64,000 bases of DNA from an uncultured cyanobacterium (GTDB lineage Bacteria; Cyanobacteriota; Cyanobacteriia; Cyanobacteriales; CAWUOF01): the NCBI GenBank assembly GCA_963744145.1, contig CAVUSO010000001.1, positions 7,392,001 to 7,456,000 on the forward strand, written 5' to 3'. This document shows positions 51,311 through 60,639 of the stretch, one piece after another. The stretch's first letter is position 1. Each line of letters begins with the position of its first letter. The notes below the pieces were generated by a model, which was not told the DNA's origin, made no database searches, and saw only the letters and a list, made by a program, of their open reading frames with translations. The translations under genes and the position numbers were made by a program.

Positions 51311-53977
51311 GTGGCAGTTGCAATTAAAGAATTACTCACACCAGAAATCCAGCGTCCAGCACGCTACCTAGGGAATGAACTAGGATCGGTACATAAACCC
51401 TGGGAATCAGCTCAGGTTCGCTGGGTATTGTCCTATCCAGAAATATATGAGGTTGGTGCATCTAATTTAGGCCATATCATTTTATACAATATCTTAAATG
51501 CCCAACCTAGACAGCTATGCGATCGCACCTATTTACCAGCACCAGACTTAGCGAGCAAATTGCGAGCTACAAAAACACCATTATTTGCCGTTGAGTCGAG
51601 CAGATCACTGATCGAATTTGATATCCTAGGTTTTAGTTTGGGTTATGAACTAGGAGCTAGTAACATTCTAGAAATGTTAGATTTAGCAGGTATTCCCCTA
51701 ACTTGGCAGGAAAGACAAGCCCAAACCGGGACAACTTACCCGCTTATCTTTGCAGGTGGACAAACAGCCACATCTAACCCAGAGCCTTATAGCGATTTTT
51801 TCGATTTCATGGTAATGGGTGATGGAGAAGAAGTGCTACCAGAAATCGGACTGATTCTGGAAGAAGACCAACAAATGGGGTTAAATCGACAGGAATTACT
51901 GTGGGATTTAGCCCAAATTCCGGGAGTTTATGTACCGCAATTTTATGATCTAGGAGCTGATGGGGCGATCGTCCCCCAGCGCAGTGATGTCCCAAAGCGC
52001 ATTTCGCGTCGGGTAGCTCTCCCAATCCCAGCTTATTCCATTGGTTTAGTCCCTTATATTGAAACCGTACATGACCGACTCAGCATCGAAATTCGACGTG
52101 GTTGTACCCGTGGATGTCGTTTTTGTCAACCAGGAATGTTATCACGACCAGCTCGGGATGTAGAGCCAGAAAGGGTAATTGAAGCGATCGAACAGGGAAT
52201 AAGAAAGACAGGTTATCAAGAATTTTCCCTACTTTCTCTAAGCTGTTCAGACTATTTAGCTTTACCTGCGGTGGGGATGGAAGTGAAAAATCGGTTACAA
52301 AACGACAACATTTCCCTGTCTCTTCCGAGTCAACGAGTAGATCGATTTGATGAAAACATTGCTAAGATTATTGGTGGGACAAAACAAAACGGTCTGACCT
52401 TTGCACCGGAAGCTGGCACCCAACGATTACGAGATATCATTAATAAAGGACTAAGCAACGCTGAATTACTCAAAGGAATAAAAACTGCTTTTGAGCAAGG
52501 TTGGGATAAAATCAAGTTATATTTTATGATTGGATTGCCAGGAGAAACCGATGCTGACATCATCGGGATTGCGGAAACAGTCCGCTGGCTCCAACAAGAA
52601 TGTCGCGCTCCCGGGAGAAAGCACATTCGGTTTAACCTGACTATTTCCAACTTTACTCCTAAGCCCCACACCCCATTCCAGTGGTATTCAGTTTCTAGTA
52701 CCGAATTTAGGCGGAAACAGGCACTACTGAGAGCTGAATTAAGTTCGATCAAAGGTGTGAAAGCAAACTTCACCGATGTGCGGATTTCAGCGATGGAAGA
52801 CTTTCTGGGACGAGGAAATCGGAGTTTGGGCAAAGTAATCCGTCGGGCTTGGGAATTGGGTGCTGGCATGGACGCTTGGTTTGACAATTTAGATCGTGCT
52901 TTTACAGCTTGGGAACAAGCGATCGCCGAAGCAGGATTAACATGGAAATATGCTCAGGGCAAAAATAGTGCGGGAAAGTTGATCCCAATTCCCCGTAAAC
53001 AGGAGCAGGTTACCGAGCAAGAATCTGTCAACCTAGACCAACCTTTACCTTGGGATCATATAGATACAGGAATAGAGAAAAGTTGGCTTAAAGCTGACTG
53101 GCAAAAATCTCTAGCAGCAGCAATTGTACCGGATTGCTCTTTTGCAGGTTGTTCTCAATGCGGTATCTGTGGCCCGGAATTTGGCCATAATATCGTGATT
53201 GAACCACCACCAATACCACAATTTGCTGGTCATTTTTCCCCTAAGCAAGAAGGAAAGCAAAGAATAAGAATATGGTTTGGAAAATTGGGAGATCTGGCTT
53301 TGGTTAGTCATCTGGATTTAGCCAGATTGTTTGACAGAGCTGTGAGACGAGCAAATTTGCCCATTGCATTTACGGGTGGGTTTCATCCGAGTCCGAGGAT
53401 CGCGATCGCGAATGCTCTACCCCTAGGGACTACCAGTACGGGAGAGATTGTAGACATGGAACTAACCAAGTCCTTACCTGTAGATCATTTCCGAGACCAA
53501 TTAGCAGCCAATCTACCCATAAACATCCCCATCTATCGAGTTGAGGAAATAGATCTAAAAGCCCCCTCGGCTAGTGGAAGGTTAAAAAGAGCTGAATATT
53601 TTCTAAGTGTGGCAATGATTGATACTGAGGAAAATCAGGAAACTTCCCAGCACTGGGCTGATGTTCCGGGGAAATTCGCTAGTTGGGTGCAGGATATCTT
53701 AGCCAAAGACACTTTTTGGTGGGAATATACGGACAAATCTGGTCAAATTAAAAAGGTAAATTTGCGCGATCGCTTGTTTGAATTAGAACGGCTCGAGTCT
53801 CCACCAGCAATCTTAAACCTGAGTGCATCAGATCCTCTAACTGTTTTGCGCTATATTAGCACTTACCAACATGATGGGATACAGTTGCGACCAGAGCATA
53901 TCACCTATATGCTCACACAAGTAGCCAAACAGGAATTCAGATTAGGGCAGGTCCATCGTGTGCAGTTAATCATGTAA
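51311..53977 (+). CDS. TIGR03960-type B12-binding radical SAM protein fused to a DUF2344 domain
   Basis: CTRGCRFC, TFAPEAGT and KLYFMIGLP motifs; C-terminal SHLDL...FTGGFHP. Confidence 0.88.
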   Translation: MAVAIKELLTPEIQRPARYLGNELGSVHKPWESAQVRWVLSYPEIYEVGASNLGHIILYNILNAQPRQLCDRTYLPAPDLASKLRATKTPLFAVESSRSLIEFDILGFSLGYELGASNILEMLDLAGIPLTWQERQAQTGTTYPLIFAGGQTATSNPEPYSDFFDFMVMGDGEEVLPEIGLILEEDQQMGLNRQELLWDLAQIPGVYVPQFYDLGADGAIVPQRSDVPKRISRRVALPIPAYSIGLVPYIETVHDRLSIEIRRGCTRGCRFCQPGMLSRPARDVEPERVIEAIEQGIRKTGYQEFSLLSLSCSDYLALPAVGMEVKNRLQNDNISLSLPSQRVDRFDENIAKIIGGTKQNGLTFAPEAGTQRLRDIINKGLSNAELLKGIKTAFEQGWDKIKLYFMIGLPGETDADIIGIAETVRWLQQECRAPGRKHIRFNLTISNFTPKPHTPFQWYSVSSTEFRRKQALLRAELSSIKGVKANFTDVRISAMEDFLGRGNRSLGKVIRRAWELGAGMDAWFDNLDRAFTAWEQAIAEAGLTWKYAQGKNSAGKLIPIPRKQEQVTEQESVNLDQPLPWDHIDTGIEKSWLKADWQKSLAAAIVPDCSFAGCSQCGICGPEFGHNIVIEPPPIPQFAGHFSPKQEGKQRIRIWFGKLGDLALVSHLDLARLFDRAVRRANLPIAFTGGFHPSPRIAIANALPLGTTSTGEIVDMELTKSLPVDHFRDQLAANLPINIPIYRVEEIDLKAPSASGRLKRAEYFLSVAMIDTEENQETSQHWADVPGKFASWVQDILAKDTFWWEYTDKSGQIKKVNLRDRLFELERLESPPAILNLSASDPLTVLRYISTYQHDGIQLRPEHITYMLTQVAKQEFRLGQVHRVQLIM

Positions 53978-54596
53978 ATTTTGGGTTGAAACGATTGGCT
54001 TTCGAGACAATTGTGCCAAAATCAGACTAATTTACGATCCAATTGAGACAATTTTGACAGCAAACCATCCAGATTCTCAAGCTCGCGCTAGGCAGGAAAG
54101 CAACTGCACGCTATAATTCATCTCAATGGAAGTTGTTGCAGCTAGACCCCTCAAAAGCGAAAGCGCAATAGGGAACCAGCAAAAAATGGCTAGGGTAACC
54201 TACTTCTCCAAGATTTCCAATCTTTCTGTTCATTCTGGGTATGAGAAAATCCCCTTAAATCAGGGTAGTATCCGAGTTACTTTCAGGATTCTAACTAACA
54301 ACTCAAGAGGTCGAGTTAAGCCAAATAGTTGGTCAAAAATCAGCAATTCGGAAATGGTTAGAAAGTCAAAAAAACCCAAGAAGGACAGCAAAATTTCTTG
54401 CTCACTTAGCTACGAATTCTGGCCATCAGTCGTCAAGAGTTTAGGCTGTAAAGTTTGGATTTTCCTGAAAAGAATTAAATTTGAGCGCGAAGCAAATTTT
54501 AATTTAAGGTCACAATCAAATCCAAAACTTGGTAGCCAAAATCAAAATTTAACCATGACTTGCTGATAGCTAAAAGCCAGTTTTTGAGGAAATTGA

Positions 54597-56693
54597 ATGC
54601 CAAAGCAAATTATTATCGCCGAGCAGCATCGTATCGCTGCTGTTTTTTCCGAAGATCAGATCCATGAGCTAATTGTTTCCAAAGGTAGTCACCAAGTCAG
54701 TGATATCTATCTGGGCGTAGTTGAGAATGTATTGCCCGGGATTGATGCAGCGTTTGTAAATATAGGTGATGCAGAACGGAACGGATTTATTCATGTCACT
54801 GACTTGGGACCATTGCGGCTCAAGCGGATATCAGGTGCGATTACAGAACTGTTAGCACCACAGCAAAAAGTCTTAGTCCAAGTGATGAAAGAACCGACCG
54901 GGACCAAAGGACCGCGGCTCACAGGTAATATCACCTTACCAGGTCGCTATTTAGTGTTAATGCCCTTTGGAAGGGGAGTAAATCTTTCCCGACGGATTAA
55001 AAGTGAAACTGAACGTAATCGTTTGCGGGCTTTAGCAATTTTAATCAAACCAGCCGGAATGGGTCTGTTAGTCCGCACCGAAGCAGAAGGAATGACCGAA
55101 GAAACGGTCATGGAAGATTTAGAAGTTTTGCAAAAACAATGGGAGGCAATTCAACGCGAAGCTAGTTCGACCCGTGCCCCAGCTCTATTGAATCGTGATG
55201 ATGATTTTATTCAGCGAGTGCTGCGGGATATGTACAGTGCTGATGTGAATCGGATTGTGGTCGATTCCCATAATGGTTTAAAACGAGTCAAACAACACTT
55301 ACTGAATTGGAGTGCTGGAAAAGCAACTCAGGGAGTGCTAGTTGACCATCATCGCGATCGCATACCAGTTCTGGAATATTTCCGGGTTAATGCAGCAATT
55401 CGCGAAGCCCTCAAACCAAGAGTTGATCTTCCCTCTGGTGGTTATATCATCATCGAACCCACGGAAGCCCTGACCGTCATCGATGTTAACTCTGGCTCAT
55501 TTACCCGTTCAGCAACAGCCCGGGAAACCGTTCTTTGGACTAATTGTGAAGCAGCCACAGAAATTGCCCGACAATTATGTTTACGAAATATTGCCGGTGT
55601 AATTATTGTCGATTTTATCGACATGGATAAACGTCAAGACCAATTACAGGTACTTGAACACTTCAACAAAGCTCTGAAAACTGACAAAGCGAGACCACAA
55701 ATTGCCCAACTATCGGAACTAGGTTTAGTCGAACTAACCCGGAAACGTCAGGGTAAAAATATTTATGAATTATTTGGTCGCGTTTGTCCCAATTGCGGTG
55801 GGTTAGGACACTTGGTGAGATTACCTGGTGAAGCTGACCTGGAAGAAGAAGAAATTGAACGTCCTGGTACAGTTGTAGTCCAGCGTGAATATCGCACCCC
55901 AGAAATTTCTAGTCGTGAAGGGTACGAGCCAGAAATTGGTAGCGAGAGCCAAGATCTTGATCTGACTAATCATCCCAGTTACCAAGAACTAAGGGGTGAA
56001 GGTCGTCGTCATCGTCGTCGGATTGGAGAAGCTCCGCTCAGAGATGATGAACTTAGACCAAGTGAACCACGTTTACCTGCGGCTTATTTGACTCCCAATC
56101 ATACTACTGGGCCGATTTTAAGTCCAGACCCCTTGGAACGCTCTAATATTCCTCTCTATGGGAATTCAGAAGTGTTTCCGCGTACCATCGTCAAAGATTC
56201 TCGTCAGATTATTGATCGGAGTAAACCAGCTAAAAGAGAGATTCCCAAGCCCATTTCGGAGCGTCCCGAAGTTGTTTCGGTGGAAATGAGTCCTCTTGAA
56301 CAAGATGTTTATGCTTGGATGGGAGTATCTCCTCTGGTGCGGGTCGAACGGGAAATTAAAAATCCTAAATCCGCGATCGTCTCAGTCCGTTTACCTGGAG
56401 AACCAGATACTACACCTGAACCGGATTTTCGGAAACCTCAAATTCCTGAACCCAGCGATCGTGAGTCTGTTCCTGTGTTTGAAGAGTCTGATGCTGAATC
56501 AGATGAACCTGAACAATTTGAACCAACTCCTCCTGTGTTGGAGGAAGTAAGTAATCAAGAGACTTATGGTTCCTCTAGTTCAGAAGATTATAGTTCCCTA
56601 TCCCTAACTGAAAATTCAGAATCGGGTGAAACGGATAGTGGAATTGCTACTCGTCGTCGTCGTCGTCGTTCCTCAGCTCTTTTTGAAGGATAG
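54597..56693 (+). CDS. rne: Ribonuclease E
   Basis: S1 domain, IDVNSG, DFIDM and CPNC motifs; acidic/Arg-rich tail ending RRRRRRSS. Confidence 0.95.
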   Translation: MPKQIIIAEQHRIAAVFSEDQIHELIVSKGSHQVSDIYLGVVENVLPGIDAAFVNIGDAERNGFIHVTDLGPLRLKRISGAITELLAPQQKVLVQVMKEPTGTKGPRLTGNITLPGRYLVLMPFGRGVNLSRRIKSETERNRLRALAILIKPAGMGLLVRTEAEGMTEETVMEDLEVLQKQWEAIQREASSTRAPALLNRDDDFIQRVLRDMYSADVNRIVVDSHNGLKRVKQHLLNWSAGKATQGVLVDHHRDRIPVLEYFRVNAAIREALKPRVDLPSGGYIIIEPTEALTVIDVNSGSFTRSATARETVLWTNCEAATEIARQLCLRNIAGVIIVDFIDMDKRQDQLQVLEHFNKALKTDKARPQIAQLSELGLVELTRKRQGKNIYELFGRVCPNCGGLGHLVRLPGEADLEEEEIERPGTVVVQREYRTPEISSREGYEPEIGSESQDLDLTNHPSYQELRGEGRRHRRRIGEAPLRDDELRPSEPRLPAAYLTPNHTTGPILSPDPLERSNIPLYGNSEVFPRTIVKDSRQIIDRSKPAKREIPKPISERPEVVSVEMSPLEQDVYAWMGVSPLVRVEREIKNPKSAIVSVRLPGEPDTTPEPDFRKPQIPEPSDRESVPVFEESDAESDEPEQFEPTPPVLEEVSNQETYGSSSSEDYSSLSLTENSESGETDSGIATRRRRRRSSALFEG

Positions 56694-56742
56694 GGATGGA
56701 GTTACAACACAGAAGGGGCGCTCATTGCAATATGCCCGTACT

Positions 56743-57366
56743 ATGGATAATGGGGGAATTGTCATAACACCTGAAAACCGAGCTTCTGTGTTGTATGCTG
56801 GTGTAGATGAGGTGGGACGGGGAGCGTTATTCGGTCCGGTAGTCGCAGCAGCGGTAATTTTCCCAGATCAGGTTCTGGCTGAGTTAGCCGCGTCTGGAGT
56901 AAAAGATAGTAAGCAACTTTCTGCGGCTCAAAGATTGCGACTATCGGGTACAATCCACAAGTTGGCTTTAGATTGTCAAATTGGTGTGGCTTCGGTACGG
57001 GAAATCGATCGATTGAATATTTTACAAGCCACTTTACTGGCGATGAAAAGGGCGATCGGTAAGCTGAAAGTTAAACCTCAGTTGTGTTTGATTGATGGTA
57101 ATCAGGCTATTCCTGGTTTAGGGATTCCCCAACAAACTATAGTCAAAGGCGATCGCGAAAATTTAGCGATCGCTGCGGCTAGTATTGTTGCTAAGGTATG
57201 GCGTGATGATTTGATTGTGCGTTTGGCGGTTAAATATCCTGAATATGACTTGACAAATAATAAAGGTTATGGTAGTGCTAAACATATATTAGCTTTACAA
57301 CTTTATGGTGCTTCGGCACAACATCGTCTTTCCTTTCGCCCTTGTCGTGTCAGTCATGAAATTTAA
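56743..57366 (+). CDS. rnhB: Ribonuclease HII
   Basis: GVDEVGRG, DSKQL, DGN, IAAASIVAK and HRLSF motifs; likely ATG at 56743. Confidence 0.93.
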   Translation: MDNGGIVITPENRASVLYAGVDEVGRGALFGPVVAAAVIFPDQVLAELAASGVKDSKQLSAAQRLRLSGTIHKLALDCQIGVASVREIDRLNILQATLLAMKRAIGKLKVKPQLCLIDGNQAIPGLGIPQQTIVKGDRENLAIAAASIVAKVWRDDLIVRLAVKYPEYDLTNNKGYGSAKHILALQLYGASAQHRLSFRPCRVSHEI

Positions 57367-57988
57367 AATTGTTACGGCTGTATTTGGGCTAATCTGTTTG
57401 AGCTGGACTGATCGAGCGATCGCTCAATATCGGACCGATCGTCCAACTTTTTATCAAGATGGACAACAACAATTAGAAAGAGAAATTAATCGTTTAAACC
57501 AAAAAAAACCAGATAATTTGCTGACAATTGACAGTGAAACAATTCCTTGGCAAGAATTTAAGTTTAAACCAGGGAATTTTGCTATTTTAATGCCGAATAC
57601 TCCGATCGATCAACAAGATGTTTTAACTACAACTGAGGGCACTCTAGCTTTAAAAGGGTTTAGCACACAAACAAATTCTTTATGGTTCATGGGAGCTTAT
57701 TCAGATTATCCATCAACGGCTAATTTAAGCAACTCAGAGGTAGTTTTAGCGAATGTGCGCGATCGACTTGTTGATAAGTTAGGGGTTAAATTAGTTAGGG
57801 ATAGTGCGATTACGCTAGGTGATTATCCTGGTAAAGAACTAAAGTTACAAAGTCTAACTGAGCAGATTATATTGAGGTTGTTTTTAGTAAAACAGCGTCT
57901 ATATATTATCGGAGTTAATCAGAAAAATAACGTTGATCGTTCAGAAGATATTGCGAAATTTTTAGCTTCGTTTCGATTAATACAATAA
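57356..57988 (+). CDS. Secreted hypothetical protein
   Basis: MKFKIVTAVFGL signal peptide; YPGKEL...RLFLVKQRLY...FLASF pattern. Confidence 0.75.
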   Translation: MKFKIVTAVFGLICLSWTDRAIAQYRTDRPTFYQDGQQQLEREINRLNQKKPDNLLTIDSETIPWQEFKFKPGNFAILMPNTPIDQQDVLTTTEGTLALKGFSTQTNSLWFMGAYSDYPSTANLSNSEVVLANVRDRLVDKLGVKLVRDSAITLGDYPGKELKLQSLTEQIILRLFLVKQRLYIIGVNQKNNVDRSEDIAKFLASFRLIQ

Positions 57989-58395
57989 ATCAAATCAATC
58001 CTAATGAATATTATAGTCCTAAATCAGCAACCCAGATAAGCGATCGCTTGCCGATCAATAGGGTGTAGGGGCGAAGCATTCGGGCGATAATTTACCGCTT
58101 AAACCAGCAATATTAGATCCGAATGCTTCGCCCTTCTTCTGCGCCGAGCTCCCCAAAAATTCTGAACTGAATGGATTGTAATATCTAGTTGATCTGTTGG
58201 CTACATAGATGGCAGGGCAAAGCATTTCGGTAATATTATTTTTCGTTTCAGCAATTATTTATTCGCCGAAATGCTTTGCCCCTACAAGGAACTGAACTGG
58301 ATTGGTATTTAATCACCGATCGGTTGCCGATCAATGGGGTGTAGGGGCGAAGCATTCGGGCGATCATTTATCACTTAAACCAGTTAATATTATAT

Positions 58396-60639
58396 CCCAC
58401 ATTCCGCACCCTGAACTGTCACAATTCGTAATTACTGAAATAAACCTCTATCAAAGCTGAAATTTTGGCCCACTATCGTCAAAAAAGAGGTTTTTAAACC
58501 TTGATGGTCAGGTCATCAATCTCTAGTTTATTAATAATTATTAGCAATAAGTAGAAAATGAGGATTTCGGCCCGTTTTTTCAATAAATTTTGGTGTTGAC
58601 TAGCTCTCTTAACTCAGTTTTGTTAGTTAATAACTGAACAATCTCTAGTTAAGATAGGTTAATTCTTAGCTCTTAATTAAATTCAAGAACTCATTCAAGC
58701 TAAATATATTTATGCTATATTAGCAAGAGGATTAAGTGATAAATTTATAGTAGCGCCGACAATCTTCTGGTAGCAGGGTCAGGATAAATTCACGTTCATT
58801 ACTCCAATTAGATACTTGTTGTTGTTGTTGAAATGTGACCAGGTGAATTGCTTGAAAGCATTGAAATATCCATTTAGCTGTTGGACGGTCTGTTGCTTTC
58901 CCTAACTGATTTTTTATGGTTGATTTTGCTGCTGATAAAGCGGCTCGTATTTGTCTTTGTGCTAGGGTATAAACCAGTAAACCTAGCCCCATAATTGCTG
59001 CTAATGATTCGATGCGTTCGGGACTTTTCAGATAAACACTATCTGCAAAAAATGTGGGATCTTTAAGAAAACCAAATCCTCTTTCACAGGATTGCTGTGC
59101 CTTATACTCAGTCAGCATTGCCTCATTACTAATTTCGCTTTCTGCTAAAACGTTCGTCGCAATTATGAATCTACCTGCACTGTTAGTTTCTTGTTCAATT
59201 TGGCTTTTATCCTCGGTAAAACTGCCGAGAATTTGATAACACTTTTTTTGACTTTTATCTAATTTATCTGGTCTGATTTCCCTGACTTCTTTTGGTTCAA
59301 TTTGATGATATTTAAAGGATTTCGATAGGTGAGTTAATGCCTTGACTGCATCAGCTTTACAGGCAAATCTATCTTGGGATAATTTTCCTAATTCGCTGTT
59401 CAGTTTGGTGGCGGATTTACTAATTTTCTGTGATAATTTCCGTAAATCTGATTCTCTTCTTTCTTGACTTTCCACAACTAGCCATCTTTGCTTTATCCCA
59501 CCATAAGTCTGCTCTTTTGCCGCCCATGAATATCCAACTAATTTGCTTTTAGTAAATTCTGAATCTGGCAAATTTGCTACTAATTCTTGGGCTAATTTTA
59601 TCTTTAACGGTACTCGGCTTAACCACTTAATTTCCGACATTAATTTGAGATTATCTTCTGTATATAAGGCACAATCAGCTACGATTAAACTATCTACTTT
59701 TATTTGATTTTTATAATCAATTGCTATCTTCGCAAAGCATGATGAGTCGGCTTGATTTCCTGACGCTGCTTTTAAAAATATTGGGATATCTCCATCCCCG
59801 GTACATACTAATTCTATTAAAAATTGTTTTAAATCAGGTCTATGGTCACGGGAATAACCGTAATTTATTTTGATTGGTTGTCGCGATTTTATTTGGGGCT
59901 CTCCTTGGTCTGACAATTCTGGCTGACTAAATATTATCTCTGGTAATTCTTGATGATATTCCCCATGTACGTGAATTGACGATGAGTCTAGATGGGATGT
60001 ATTTAAAGATATATCAAACTTTTTAACTGCATTTAAAGTAATTGCTAAAAATATTGTATCCAGTCCTTTACTATATAGTTTATCCATCACTCTTCCCAGT
60101 TTATCGTCATTTAAATATTCGGGCTTTACCCCGGCTCCTATTAAATGTTCACAGGGAATTGATTCAAAAAATTTCGGAAACATATATAATGGTTTAGAAA
60201 TAAATCCTAACCCATTGATAATCATTGCTTTAACTGCTTGTCCAGCAGTAACTTTTTCTCCCGATTCTATCCCGATTAAATTATTAATTATTTCTACTAT
60301 TCCAATCGTATCTACTATTCCTGCTACTAACCCCAGATGGTCGATATTCTGAATTTTAATATCGTTTATGTCTACCATAGTTACCCAATTTAACGAGCCA
60401 ATTTTTGGTTCAATTATCGCATTTTTAGGCTCGATTGCAATTAATTTTTTTACTCTTTCATTTTCCGGACTTCTGCTACGGTTAATCTCTCAATAACCCA
60501 GGGCCTCTTTCTGCTCATAAATCTAGTTTAATAAAATTTATTCTCATTAATCTCATTTATGATCTTTTTGAGCCAACTTTCTTCGTCCCCAATTTTTACC
60601 CTTTTATTAAGATGTGCCAGTGAGGGTGCGGAATGTGGG
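58396..60639 (-). mobile_element. IS1634-family insertion sequence (2244 bp)
   Basis: 17-bp TIRs CCCACATTCCGCACCCT / AGGGTGCGGAATGTGGG; 6-bp TSD TTATAT (58390-58395 and 60640-60645); removing it restores array unit 2. Confidence 0.95.
58732..60378 (-). CDS. IS1634-family transposase
   Basis: IDHLGLVAG, HLDSSS, YGYSRDHRPDLKQ, VADCALY and YKAQQSCERGFGFLK motifs. Confidence 0.95.
   Translation of the reverse strand: MVDINDIKIQNIDHLGLVAGIVDTIGIVEIINNLIGIESGEKVTAGQAVKAMIINGLGFISKPLYMFPKFFESIPCEHLIGAGVKPEYLNDDKLGRVMDKLYSKGLDTIFLAITLNAVKKFDISLNTSHLDSSSIHVHGEYHQELPEIIFSQPELSDQGEPQIKSRQPIKINYGYSRDHRPDLKQFLIELVCTGDGDIPIFLKAASGNQADSSCFAKIAIDYKNQIKVDSLIVADCALYTEDNLKLMSEIKWLSRVPLKIKLAQELVANLPDSEFTKSKLVGYSWAAKEQTYGGIKQRWLVVESQERRESDLRKLSQKISKSATKLNSELGKLSQDRFACKADAVKALTHLSKSFKYHQIEPKEVREIRPDKLDKSQKKCYQILGSFTEDKSQIEQETNSAGRFIIATNVLAESEISNEAMLTEYKAQQSCERGFGFLKDPTFFADSVYLKSPERIESLAAIMGLGLLVYTLAQRQIRAALSAAKSTIKNQLGKATDRPTAKWIFQCFQAIHLVTFQQQQQVSNWSNEREFILTLLPEDCRRYYKFIT

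Noticed and set aside
52330..52887. 185-aa ORF and the other shadow ORFs overlapping or antisense to long genes
   Set aside because: They lie within well-supported genes and have no motifs of their own.
54126..54566. 146-aa ORF upstream of rne
   Set aside because: No recognisable motif and S/K-rich composition; more plausibly part of the rne leader, though coding cannot be fully excluded.
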